Assembly (NCBI GenBank): GCA_965552055.1
Contig: CBEVQO010000002.1
Span: 192,001-256,000, forward strand
Source of the DNA: an uncultured bacterium
Lineage (GTDB): Bacteria > Hydrothermota > UBA3073 > NMUJ01 > CBEVQO01
Direction of reading: 5' to 3'
DNA: 64,000 nucleotides
Shown: positions 1 to 8,550 of the stretch, piece by piece
How positions within the stretch are numbered: the first letter of the stretch is position 1
How the letters are laid out: every line of letters begins with the position of its first letter
The notes under the pieces: generated by a model
The model's input: only the letters and a program-made list of their open reading frames with translations
What the model was told of the DNA's origin: nothing
Database searches by the model: none
Made by a program: the position numbers and the translations under genes

Positions 1-393
1 GCTGAAAGTTCATGCTCATGATGGTCATTCCAGCTTATTATGGTGCGTATTTTTAGTTTATGCTTGGCTATAAATCTTGACAGCGCGGGGATAAACAAAC
101 CTTGTATCAGCCATTCGTATTCATCACTCACTCTTTCTTTCTCTTTGCGTAAAACTCCCTTGATGCTTTTTATAAGGAATTAGCCATTGGGTGCAAACTT
201 TTTTCTTCTTCACATACCATAATTCTGGATATTTCTTATAATCAGATTGTGGCATATTTCTTGCCACGCCAGGTAAACAACTCCCACTCATCATCAAGAA
301 ATTTGGCAACTTCAGATTTTGTCCTCCCTGCCTTATTTTCTACAGTGATTATGAAATCTATACCCATCACTCAATATAATCATACCTCCATGA

Positions 394-642
394 TCACTTT
401 TCTTTAATATGAATTATTATCCTTTCCCCCTTTTTCTCTTTAAAATAAACCAAAAGATTACGCACTTCAATTTTACACCATTTATAACCTTCACCCTTTA
501 AAACCACATGATAAGAGCTTGCATTTGCAACTTGCTCAACTATTTCCGATAATATATCTCCAATTTCTCTCTCTTCAATTTTACCCCTTTTTGCTAATTG
601 CACCAGTTCCTCCAAGCAACTCGTGCTGCATCCTACTTTCAT
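394..642 (-). CDS. Small RelE/ParE-like putative toxin
   Basis: 82 aa; AGGAGG RBS; overlaps upstream RHH gene; beta-helix-helix-beta-rich pattern reminiscent of the RelE/ParE superfamily (weak). Confidence 0.45.
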   Translation of the reverse strand: MKVGCSTSCLEELVQLAKRGKIEEREIGDILSEIVEQVANASSYHVVLKGEGYKWCKIEVRNLLVYFKEKKGERIIIHIKEK

Positions 643-892
643 CCAATCCTCCTTTCAGCAGTTTTCTGATATATTCGAGCGCTTTATTTTTGTCATAATA
701 AATCTTTTCTTCTTTCAAATTTTCTAAAGCAATTTCAACTTCTGCACATTTCTCAAGATAAAATCTAACAGCACGCCTCAAAATATCTCCCCTGCTCCTT
801 CCCAACGCTACAGCCACTGTGTCTATTTGTTCTAAATATTCCTCCGGTATCCTAAAAGATACCCCCAACATTTTCTTCTTTCTCTCACACAT
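581..892 (-). CDS. Ribbon-helix-helix (CopG-like) protein, putative antitoxin
   Basis: VSFRIPEEYLEQIDTVAVALGRSRGDILRRAV is a typical RHH signature; start moved to ATG 892 behind GGAGGG. Confidence 0.75.
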   Translation of the reverse strand: MCERKKKMLGVSFRIPEEYLEQIDTVAVALGRSRGDILRRAVRFYLEKCAEVEIALENLKEEKIYYDKNKALEYIRKLLKGGLDESRMQHELLGGTGAISKKG

Positions 893-1062
893 AATCCCTC
901 CAATCTTTAACATACACTCCATCCAAACTATAAAGAACACATACTTCCATACTCTCAAATTGTTAAATACTTTGTATGACAAAGTATTCATTTCATTAAA
1001 TATAATCTTTTTTAGTCGTTTGTCAAGCTAATTTTTCGAAAAATTATCGAGTGAAAAAATTT

Positions 1063-1809
1063 TTATTTAATCTCGATGATTTTCCCCACTCCGTATTCGA
1101 TAAAGTTTTCCTTATATTCCTTTTTAAATGCATCTCTCACCAAATCGCCTGTGCAGTGTGAAGGAGCTACTTTCTCTACCCCTAATTTCCTAAATTCTTT
1201 GACACAGGATACAGGAGGATGATGGAAGCCACCCAAAACCAGATATACCTTATCTCTCTTCATCTGTTCTTTAGCTTTTTTTACAATTTTTACAATACCA
1301 GGATGAGCACACCCAGTAATAATCACCAAACCCTTTTTTGAATCGATAATCAATGATTGCTCTTCAGGATGTCCATAAAGCTCTCCGGTTGTGTAAATAA
1401 AATCAGAAATTTTTGCAGGTGATGAAATCTCTACAAGTTTTGCACCTTTCTTAATTATCATATCTTTAATAGATTGAGGAAAGGAATGCGGAATAAATAC
1501 AGTAACATTATTATTTCTCTCCAAAAAACCCTCCAGTCCGCCCAGATGATCATCATGAATATGAGAAATTACTATCTTTTTGATAGATAAAGGATTAATG
1601 CCTAATTTTTCCATATTAAAAAGCAAAATTTTTGAATCTCCTCCTGTATCAAAAAGTATTAACTCTTCTGGAGTTTTTATTACAGTGGCAAAGCCCCATG
1701 CAGTTTTGAGAGCAGGATTTACCTGATAATTGTCATAGACAGAGATTAAAGTTATTTCCGGCTTAGTTAATGCTAAAAAGCATATTAAAGATAAAATTTT
1801 AAAACTCAT
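1063..1809 (-). CDS. MBL-fold metallo-hydrolase (DHPS-like/COG1237 type), possible N-terminal signal
   Basis: YDN, WGF, LFDTG, SHIHDDHLGG, GCAHPG, GGFH, PSHCTG motifs. Confidence 0.85.
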   Translation of the reverse strand: MSFKILSLICFLALTKPEITLISVYDNYQVNPALKTAWGFATVIKTPEELILFDTGGDSKILLFNMEKLGINPLSIKKIVISHIHDDHLGGLEGFLERNNNVTVFIPHSFPQSIKDMIIKKGAKLVEISSPAKISDFIYTTGELYGHPEEQSLIIDSKKGLVIITGCAHPGIVKIVKKAKEQMKRDKVYLVLGGFHHPPVSCVKEFRKLGVEKVAPSHCTGDLVRDAFKKEYKENFIEYGVGKIIEIK

Positions 1810-1813
1810 TTAT

Positions 1814-2449
1814 TTAAATTTCAATTATTTTTCCTGCTCCTCCTTCAATACATTTTTCAGGATAAAGTGACTTTATCTCTGATTTATATTGAGTACAATG
1901 TGTCGGGCAAATCAAATCAAATTTCTTTAAAGATTCAGGACGAGTTCCGTGTAATCCTCCTATTATACCATAAACCTTACCAAATTGAGAAGCCGCTTCA
2001 TAAATATGCTCCATTACTGGATGAGAACATCCTGCTATAATTACAATGCCCTTTTCTGTGTCAATACACAGAGATTGTTCTATTCTATCAAGTTCACCTG
2101 TAGAGTAAATTCCATCATAAAGTTTTGTTGGATTTTTCACTTCAATCACTTCCTTTGCATTTTTCGCTTCAGGAAAATATGAAGGAACCCATAGTTTTAC
2201 TTCATTATTCAGTTGAAGAAAAGATGATAGACCGCCTGTATGGTCCCAATGAAGATGGGAAATGAAAACATCTTCAATTTCTTTTGGATTGATTTTGAGC
2301 TTTTCCATATTGAAAAGTAAAATGTCTCCATTCGCTCCGGTATCAAAAAGAATTTTTCTCCCTTTAACTTCTACAAGGGCTGAAAAACCCCAATCAGCTT
2401 TAAGGTCGCTTCTTAAAGTAGTATTATCGTAAATAATCGTAATTTTCAC
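1814..2449 (-). CDS. MBL-fold metallo-hydrolase, tandem paralog
   Basis: LFDTG, SHLHWDHTGG, GCSHP, GGLH, PTHCT motifs; GTG start. Confidence 0.85.
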   Translation of the reverse strand: MKITIIYDNTTLRSDLKADWGFSALVEVKGRKILFDTGANGDILLFNMEKLKINPKEIEDVFISHLHWDHTGGLSSFLQLNNEVKLWVPSYFPEAKNAKEVIEVKNPTKLYDGIYSTGELDRIEQSLCIDTEKGIVIIAGCSHPVMEHIYEAASQFGKVYGIIGGLHGTRPESLKKFDLICPTHCTQYKSEIKSLYPEKCIEGGAGKIIEI

Positions 2450-2453
2450 TTAA

Positions 2454-2966
2454 TTAACCTTCCAGTTCTTTTATTCTCCTTTTTATGATTTCTAATTGTG
2501 TTTTAAGTAAATTTTCCTGTGCTTTGAGTAATTGGAGTTCATCTTCTTTTGATAGTTGTCCCCATCTGTATCCACCGCCCTGACCCATCGGGAAATTCAT
2601 CCCGAAATGTGCAGAAACAGTGGGACTCATTGCAGGTTGTAACCTGCCCTGCTTGAAGAGCTCGACCGCCTGCCTTACCGTTAGATTACCGGGTGCTCCA
2701 AGGGTAAGCACCTGCACCCCTGCTGTCTGTAACACCTGAAAAGCATTTGGACCAACATTACCAGTTATTACAGCGTTTACGCCTTTGTTCGCTACGAATT
2801 GAGCAGATTGAATGCCCGCACCTCCTGCCGACATGATGTTGGGATTCTCAACTGCTTCAAATTCCATCGTATCTGTATCAACAAAGATAAAGTATTGACA
2901 GCGACCAAAACGGGGGTCAATGATTGAATCAAGAGAAGGACCCTGTGCTGTAACACATACTCTCAT
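2454..2966 (-). CDS. NifB/NifX-family Mo-Fe cluster-binding protein with DUF5320-like coiled-coil tail
   Basis: DPRFGRCQYF, GGAGIQSAQ, VITGNVGPNAF motifs; C-terminal SKEDELQLLK...IKRRIKELE. Confidence 0.85.
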   Translation of the reverse strand: MRVCVTAQGPSLDSIIDPRFGRCQYFIFVDTDTMEFEAVENPNIMSAGGAGIQSAQFVANKGVNAVITGNVGPNAFQVLQTAGVQVLTLGAPGNLTVRQAVELFKQGRLQPAMSPTVSAHFGMNFPMGQGGGYRWGQLSKEDELQLLKAQENLLKTQLEIIKRRIKELEG

Positions 2967-3310
2967 TTTCCCTCCAGTTCTTTTATCCTTTCACGAATGG
3001 ATTTAAGTTCTTCTTCCAAATCTTTTGCCATATCCTTTAGCATCTCTAACTCTTCTTCTTTCGAAAGAGGAGCTGTCATATAGGGTGGGAATGTCATCTG
3101 ATACGGATAGCCCATCTGATAGGGATAGCCCATTTGAGGTTGCTGAGTGGATTGCGCTTGAGTTTGCTGAGTTTGCTGTGGCATCTGTTGTGGCATCCAC
3201 ATCCATGGCATCCAGCCCCAGCCCCATGCAGGCATACCCATACCAGCACGCATCCAGCCAGGCAACCCCGTTAATCTCCACCACCAGCGCCAGCCTCTGC
3301 CCCACCACAT
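2963..3310 (-). CDS. DUF5320-like Trp/Gly/Gln-rich protein
   Basis: GRGWRWWWRLTGLPGWMR N-terminus and SKEEELEMLK...IRERIKELE tail; GGAGG RBS. Confidence 0.8.
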   Translation of the reverse strand: MWWGRGWRWWWRLTGLPGWMRAGMGMPAWGWGWMPWMWMPQQMPQQTQQTQAQSTQQPQMGYPYQMGYPYQMTFPPYMTAPLSKEEELEMLKDMAKDLEEELKSIRERIKELEGK

Positions 3311-3311
3311 T

Positions 3312-3476
3312 TTAACCTCCTTTCTTCAGTTCTTCAATCCTTTTTTCAATCCATTTCAGTTCCTCTTCGAGCATCTTCTTACGCCACTCGAGGAACTGTA
3401 ACTCCTGCTCCCTTGAATAAGGGAAAAACGGAAACCACCAGTACATTATAAATGGCCACCAGAACAGCCACCTCAT
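3312..3476 (-). CDS. 54-aa DUF5320-like Trp-rich microprotein (absent from ORF track)
   Basis: Hand translation MRWLFWWPFIMYWWFPFFPYSREQELQFLEWRKKMLEEELKWIEKRIEELKKGG; AGGAGG RBS; ATGA overlap with upstream gene. Confidence 0.8.
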   Translation of the reverse strand: MRWLFWWPFIMYWWFPFFPYSREQELQFLEWRKKMLEEELKWIEKRIEELKKGG

Positions 3477-3700
3477 TTTGCACCTCCTTTTTGGGTTTCA
3501 GACTGATAAGGATAAAAATAAGGAAGCCACGGGAAAGTCCACCATCCCCAGTAGTAAGGATAGTAAGGCATCATCCTCCATATCTGTTGCCAGTAATAAT
3601 AAGCCATAGGAGTAGCCCACCACCATCTCGGTAACCACGGAAACCACCTGCACCAGGGGAAAGGATTCCCCCTCCAGCCAAAAAACCAACCCCACCTCAT
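3473..3700 (-). CDS. 75-aa Trp/Tyr/Pro-rich microprotein (DUF5320-like N-terminal motif)
   Basis: MRWGWFFGWRGNPFPWCRWFPWLPRWWW...; AAGGAGG RBS before ATG 3700. Confidence 0.75.
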   Translation of the reverse strand: MRWGWFFGWRGNPFPWCRWFPWLPRWWWATPMAYYYWQQIWRMMPYYPYYWGWWTFPWLPYFYPYQSETQKGGAK

Positions 3701-3714
3701 GATACCCTCCTTAT

Positions 3715-3733
3715 GATAATGATAATCATTTTC
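3715..3733. promoter_or_regulatory. Fur box overlapping the minus-strand promoter (TTGACA 3745-3740, TATCAT 3724-3719)
   Basis: GATAATGATAATCATTTTC, 18/19 match to the classical GATAATGATAATCATTATC. Confidence 0.8.
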
Positions 3734-3778
3734 AAAAATTGTCAAGCTGGAATTTTCAAATCTTCAAATTTTCAATTC

Positions 3779-5119
3779 TTATTTATACCATTTCATTATC
3801 GCATTAACCGTCGCATTTATAACAGGATACGCTATGGGCGAAGAAGTAAGTAAAGGATGTGTGCCTATCTGAAGAGTATCTATTTCAATATCTGTCATCC
3901 TCTTCTGTATCATTACCGAAAGCATATTTATCATTTCTCCAACGGAATCTCCTCCTCTTATCTGTGCTCCAAGTAATATGTGTGAGCATCTTGCGTAAAT
4001 AAGTTTTACATAAATTTTGCTCGCTCCCGGTAATTTCCCGGGATGCCTGTCAACCGTTTCCGCTGTACCCACAACATAATCAACACCAAAAGATTTCGCC
4101 TGAAACTCCGTTAAACCTGTTGCACCAAAAGATACATCCCCGACTTTTGTGGAAAAAGTGCTGAGTGTTCCCGGAAACTCCTTAATCGCTTTCACCGTAA
4201 AAAGATTTGAACCCGCCAACCTTCCTTGAGCCATCGCAGAAGATGCGAGCATCAATTTTGATAGCTCGCCGCTAAAGAAACTCCTTTTCGCAACACAATC
4301 ACCAACAGCAAAAATATCTTTTTGAGATGTGCGCATGTATTCGTCAACTATTATGCCGAAGCGTGGATTCACATCAAGACCTATTTTTTGCGCAAGCTCA
4401 ATATTTGGACGATAACCCACTGCAATTATAACAAGGTCAGCAGGTAAAGTTCTACCATCTTCAAGCACTACCTTCTCAACTTTGTCATTGCCTTTTATTT
4501 CCTTTACAGATTGACCTACAATTATCTCAGCACCTCTTTCTTTCAATATTTCAATTACCATATCGCCAAACTCTTTATCCATCGATAAAGGTAAAAGCGA
4601 AGGTAATTTCTCGATAAGAACTACCTTTTTATCTTTTTTCTTTAAAATCTCGTCAGCAACTTCAACTCCTATAAATCCTCCTCCTATGATAACGATATTC
4701 GTTGATTCTTCAACTTTTTCTCGTAATTCTTTCAGATAGTCTATTTCTTTTTTCACATAATAAACTCCTTTTTTATCGACACCCGGAATCGGTAGCACGA
4801 ATGGACTCGAACCTATAGCGAGCACGAGCTTATCGAACTCTATTTCTTTACCGCTCTTCAAAGTAAGTCTTTTGTCCTTCACATCAATTACTTCATCAAT
4901 AATGATTTCTATTTTATTTGCTTCAAGTGGCTTATCCGGTAGAATATCGTCCTCTACCTTTTCGAGTGTATGCAGGGTGTAAGGTATTCCACACGGTATA
5001 AGTGCTATTTTCTCTTTCCTTATTAGTGCAATAGATTTGTCAGGGTAAGCGTTCCTTGCAGAAAGTGCAGCAGTAAAGCCCCCAGGACCCCCTCCTACGA
5101 TTACAACATCGAACTTCAT
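3779..5119 (-). CDS. FAD-dependent pyridine nucleotide-disulfide oxidoreductase (CoA-disulfide reductase/NADH oxidase family)
   Basis: GGGPGG, IPCGIPY active Cys, GGGFIG, IFAVGDC; start at ATG 5119 after AAGGAGGT. Confidence 0.9.
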   Translation of the reverse strand: MKFDVVIVGGGPGGFTAALSARNAYPDKSIALIRKEKIALIPCGIPYTLHTLEKVEDDILPDKPLEANKIEIIIDEVIDVKDKRLTLKSGKEIEFDKLVLAIGSSPFVLPIPGVDKKGVYYVKKEIDYLKELREKVEESTNIVIIGGGFIGVEVADEILKKKDKKVVLIEKLPSLLPLSMDKEFGDMVIEILKERGAEIIVGQSVKEIKGNDKVEKVVLEDGRTLPADLVIIAVGYRPNIELAQKIGLDVNPRFGIIVDEYMRTSQKDIFAVGDCVAKRSFFSGELSKLMLASSAMAQGRLAGSNLFTVKAIKEFPGTLSTFSTKVGDVSFGATGLTEFQAKSFGVDYVVGTAETVDRHPGKLPGASKIYVKLIYARCSHILLGAQIRGGDSVGEMINMLSVMIQKRMTDIEIDTLQIGTHPLLTSSPIAYPVINATVNAIMKWYK

Positions 5120-5133
5120 ATCACACCTCCTTT

Positions 5134-5152
5134 GAAAATTATAATCATTTTC
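5134..5152. promoter_or_regulatory. Fur box overlapping the minus-strand promoter (TTGACA 5164-5159, TATAAT 5143-5138)
   Basis: GAAAATTATAATCATTTTC, near-palindrome, 16/19 to consensus. Confidence 0.7.
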
Positions 5153-5236
5153 GTATTTTGTCAAGAAAAAGTTCAAAAGATAGAGTAATCGAAACATTTT
5201 AGCTTGACAAAAGAGAAAAGGTAATAAATTATAAAG

Positions 5237-6106
5237 ATGAGATATTTGCTTATTTTAATAGCAATTGTACTTGCCTGTAGCGGTGGATGGGAAATAAGAC
5301 TCGAGCCACCAGAAAATACTTTTAAAACTCATAGTGTTAAAATTTTTCTTAATAAACCACTCGAAATTAAATCAACGATTTTAACAGATTGGAATAATGA
5401 TAATATATTGAATCCAGGTGAATGTGGGAGATTTATCTTACATATAAAGAATACAGGCAAGGATACATTGAAAGATGTTACATTGATTTTTCATATAATT
5501 GAACATCCTGAAATTATAAACATACCCGAAAGATATGAACTGGGTGTCATTCCCCCAGATGCTGAAAAAACGGCAATAATTGTGCTGTGTGCCTGTAAGT
5601 GCAAATCAACTACAGTGGTGCCCATTGAAATGATTTTTAATAAAGCACATGAATTCCTACAAAGCTGCACTTTAAATGTCATTGTAATGCCAAGAAAATT
5701 TGTAGAATTTGAAATCGTAAAGTATGAAATAATAGATGAACCTGTAATTGGTTTACCAAACCATAAAATGGGTGCAGGTGAAAAAATAAATTTGAAACTC
5801 TTTATTAAAAATAAAGGGAATGTTACCTGTAACAATGTCAACATTTTACTTACATCAAACGAGAATATTCAATTTAAGCCCAATGAATTTATAATCAAAG
5901 TATTAAAGCCGAATGATGTTGCGAGTATTTCTACCAGATTTTCTATCCCCCGTTTTTATTCAAAAAGCGAGTTGGATATTACTATAAGAATTATCGAATA
6001 CAATTTAAAAATTCAAAAAGATTTAACGATGGTTTTTGAAGTCGAGCCTTTTAAAATTAATCTATATAAAAAAATGAAGCCACATAAAGTTAAAGAGATG
6101 AGATAG
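5237..6106 (+). CDS. Putative lipoprotein with two Ig-like/CARDB-type domains
   Basis: Lipobox VLAC; repeated PGE.....L.IKN.G motifs. Confidence 0.6.
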   Translation: MRYLLILIAIVLACSGGWEIRLEPPENTFKTHSVKIFLNKPLEIKSTILTDWNNDNILNPGECGRFILHIKNTGKDTLKDVTLIFHIIEHPEIINIPERYELGVIPPDAEKTAIIVLCACKCKSTTVVPIEMIFNKAHEFLQSCTLNVIVMPRKFVEFEIVKYEIIDEPVIGLPNHKMGAGEKINLKLFIKNKGNVTCNNVNILLTSNENIQFKPNEFIIKVLKPNDVASISTRFSIPRFYSKSELDITIRIIEYNLKIQKDLTMVFEVEPFKINLYKKMKPHKVKEMR

Positions 6107-6939
6107 TGAAGGTAGCAGTAGCAAGTGGTAAAGGTGGCACTGGTAAAACAACCGTAGCAGTTAATCTGGCATTTGTCATAAAAAATTGCACATTTCTGGA
6201 TTGCGATGTGGAAGAACCAAATGCTCATATTTTTTTAAAACCCAAAATTTCAAAATCCGATGATTTTTATCAAATAGTACCCGAATGGCTCCCCGACAGG
6301 TGTAATTTCTGTGGTAAATGCAGTGAAGTTTGCAGACATAATGCAATAGCTGTTATAAAAAATAAAAAAGTTTTGATATTTGAAGAGATTTGCCATCACT
6401 GCAAAGCATGTATTTTACTCTGCCCACAAAATGCATTAAAAGAGAAAAAAGTTTCAGTGGGCGTAATTGAATATGGAAAAAGAGATGGTATTTCATTTAT
6501 TCATGGTAGATTGCGCGAAGGCGTAGCTTCCCCTGTTCCCCTGATAAAAGAGATAAAGTCAAAAGTTGATAAAAATTCAAGGGTAATAATTGACTGTGCA
6601 CCTGGTGTCAGTTGTCCTGTTGTGCATGCAGTAAAAGATACCGATTTTTGCATTCTGGTAACAGAAGATACGAAATTCGGATTGCATGACCTAAAATTAT
6701 CAATTGAACTTTTAAAAAATATGGGAATAAAAACAGGTGTCGTAATAAACAGATACGGAAAAGGAGAAAAAGGTTTAATAGAAAATTTCTGCGAGAAAGA
6801 AAAAATCCCTGTTTTGATGAAAATACCTTATGATGAAAAAATTGCTTATGCTTATTCTGAAGGCAGATTAATTTGTGAGATTGATAAAGGATATTATGAA
6901 AAATTTAAGGAATTGGCGCGATGTATCAAATTGTTGTGA
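6106..6939 (+). CDS. MinD-superfamily P-loop ATPase with inserted 2x[4Fe-4S] ferredoxin domain
   Basis: SGKGGTGKTT, DCDVEEPN, CNFCGKCSEVC, CHHCKACILLCP. Confidence 0.9.
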   Translation: MKVAVASGKGGTGKTTVAVNLAFVIKNCTFLDCDVEEPNAHIFLKPKISKSDDFYQIVPEWLPDRCNFCGKCSEVCRHNAIAVIKNKKVLIFEEICHHCKACILLCPQNALKEKKVSVGVIEYGKRDGISFIHGRLREGVASPVPLIKEIKSKVDKNSRVIIDCAPGVSCPVVHAVKDTDFCILVTEDTKFGLHDLKLSIELLKNMGIKTGVVINRYGKGEKGLIENFCEKEKIPVLMKIPYDEKIAYAYSEGRLICEIDKGYYEKFKELARCIKLL

Positions 6940-7802
6940 TAAGTGGTAAAGGTGGCACAGGCAAAACTTCTTTTCTTGCTTCATTAGCTGTTCTTTTTGA
7001 ATCAAAAGTTATAGTTGATGCAGATGTTGATGCACCAAATCTGCACATACTTTTATCACCTCAAATTATTGAAAAGAATGAATTTTATGGAGCAGGTAAA
7101 GCAAAGATTCTGGATGATACTTGCACTTATTGTGGCAAATGCAAAGAAATATGTCCTTTTGATGCTATTTATGAAAAGGAGGGCAAATTTTTTGTAGATG
7201 AGATAAGTTGCGAAAGCTGTGGATTGTGCTATCATTTTTGTCCTTCGAACGCTATAACTTTTGAGAAAACAATTTCAGGTGAATGGTTTATTTCCGATAC
7301 TTCTTATGGTAAACTCGTTCATGCACATTTATTCCCGGGTGAAGAGAATTCCGGTTTACTTGTTTCAATCTTGCGTCAAAAAGCAGTTGAAATCGCACAA
7401 ATTGAGAATAAAAAATTTGTATTGATAGACGGACCCCCAGGTATCGGTTGCCCTGTAATTTCCGCAATAACAGGAGTTAATCTCGCAATCATCCTTACAG
7501 AACCTACTTTATCCGCCATACACGATATGAAAAGAGTTATAAATGTTTTAAGGCACTTTAAAATTCCTGCCGGCATCGTAATAAACAAATTTGATTTAAA
7601 TTTAAAAAATACAGATAAAATTTTGGAATATTGTGAAAAAGAAGGACTAAAAGTTTTTGGCAAAATCCCTTATGATGATACTGTTTATGATGCTTTACAT
7701 GATTGTAAGCCATTTATTTTTTACGATTGTAAAGCGAAAAAATCGGTAGAAGAGATTTATTCTTCTTTACAGCGCTTCTGGCAATCAGGACAGATACCAT
7801 AA
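6921..7802 (+). CDS. Second MinD-like Fe-S P-loop ATPase
   Basis: SGKGGTGKTS, DADVDAPNL, CTYCGKCKEICP, CESCGLCYHFCP, DGPPGIGCP. Confidence 0.9.
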   Translation: MYQIVVISGKGGTGKTSFLASLAVLFESKVIVDADVDAPNLHILLSPQIIEKNEFYGAGKAKILDDTCTYCGKCKEICPFDAIYEKEGKFFVDEISCESCGLCYHFCPSNAITFEKTISGEWFISDTSYGKLVHAHLFPGEENSGLLVSILRQKAVEIAQIENKKFVLIDGPPGIGCPVISAITGVNLAIILTEPTLSAIHDMKRVINVLRHFKIPAGIVINKFDLNLKNTDKILEYCEKEGLKVFGKIPYDDTVYDALHDCKPFIFYDCKAKKSVEEIYSSLQRFWQSGQIP

Positions 7803-8167
7803 AATTGAAAAGTATGGGTTTGTATCTCAAAGCCGTATTTTTCTTTTAGATTTTCTTCGATTTTTTTAACGAGCTCTGTTTCTTCTTTTATAAAATCGGA
7901 GTAATCAATAATTTTACCGCATACTTGGCAAATTAAATGATGGTGATGTTCACCTTTAGCATACTCATATCTTGCCTGACCATCGCCCATTACGAATTTC
8001 CTCAAAATGCCATTTTTTGTAAGTAATTCAAGTGTCCTGTAAACGGTGGAAAGCCCTATTTTTGGACATTTTTCCTTAACCTTCATAAAAATTTCAAGAG
8101 CTGTGGGATGACCTCCTAATCCCTTTAACACCTCAAGAATTAAGAGCCTTTTTTGAGTCAGCCTCAT
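7757..8167 (-). CDS. fur: Fur-family transcriptional repressor
   Basis: RLTQKR, HPTA, STVYRTL, HHHHLICQVCG, YGICPDC; probably leaderless start at ATG 8167 (or 8170). Confidence 0.88.
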   Translation of the reverse strand: MRLTQKRLLILEVLKGLGGHPTALEIFMKVKEKCPKIGLSTVYRTLELLTKNGILRKFVMGDGQARYEYAKGEHHHHLICQVCGKIIDYSDFIKEETELVKKIEENLKEKYGFEIQTHTFQFYGICPDCQKRCKEE

Positions 8168-8173
8168 CATAAT

Positions 8174-8237
8174 ATTATAATCCATAAATGAAAATGTCAA
8201 GAAATGAAGCTTGACAAATTGAGGATTGTGTTATAAT
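8174..8237. promoter_or_regulatory. Divergent sigma-70-type promoters, both TTGACA-N15-TATAAT
   Basis: Minus: TTGACA 8200-8195 and TATAAT 8179-8174; plus: TTGACA 8211-8216 and TATAAT 8232-8237. Confidence 0.75.
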
Positions 8238-8244
8238 TTAGGAA

Positions 8245-8550
8245 ATGAAGTTGATAGAAGAAATAAAAAAAGCAGAAGTCAAAGCAAAAGAGATAATAGA
8301 AAAGGCAAAAAAAGAAGCGAGTGAAAAAGTTGACAATGCGAAGAAAAAGGCAAGGGAAATAATCGATAAAGCAGAAGAAAAAAGAAAAAAGATGATAGAA
8401 GAAGCAATAAAAGAGGCAGAAAAAGAAGCCCGGGAAGAAGAAAAGAAGTTAATAGAAGAGAAAAACAGGAAAATAAGAGAAATCGAAGAAAGAGCAAAAG
8501 AAAAGGAAGAAGATGCTCTCAAACTCATAGTCGAAAAGATTTTTGAATAA
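8245..8550 (+). CDS. V/A-type ATPase peripheral stalk subunit H/G
   Basis: Lys/Glu/Ala coiled coil with A.EII..A repeats; first gene before subunit I. Confidence 0.8.
   Translation: MKLIEEIKKAEVKAKEIIEKAKKEASEKVDNAKKKAREIIDKAEEKRKKMIEEAIKEAEKEAREEEKKLIEEKNRKIREIEERAKEKEEDALKLIVEKIFE

Noticed and set aside
1..390. Short minus-strand ORFs (124-309, an ORF from GTG 131 running off the window, a 41-codon ORF near 367)
   Set aside because: No recognisable motifs; may be a frameshifted remnant but cannot be supported from this window
3003..3695. Alternative-frame and antisense ORFs over the microprotein cluster
   Set aside because: Shadows of low-complexity genes; lack an RBS and operon coupling
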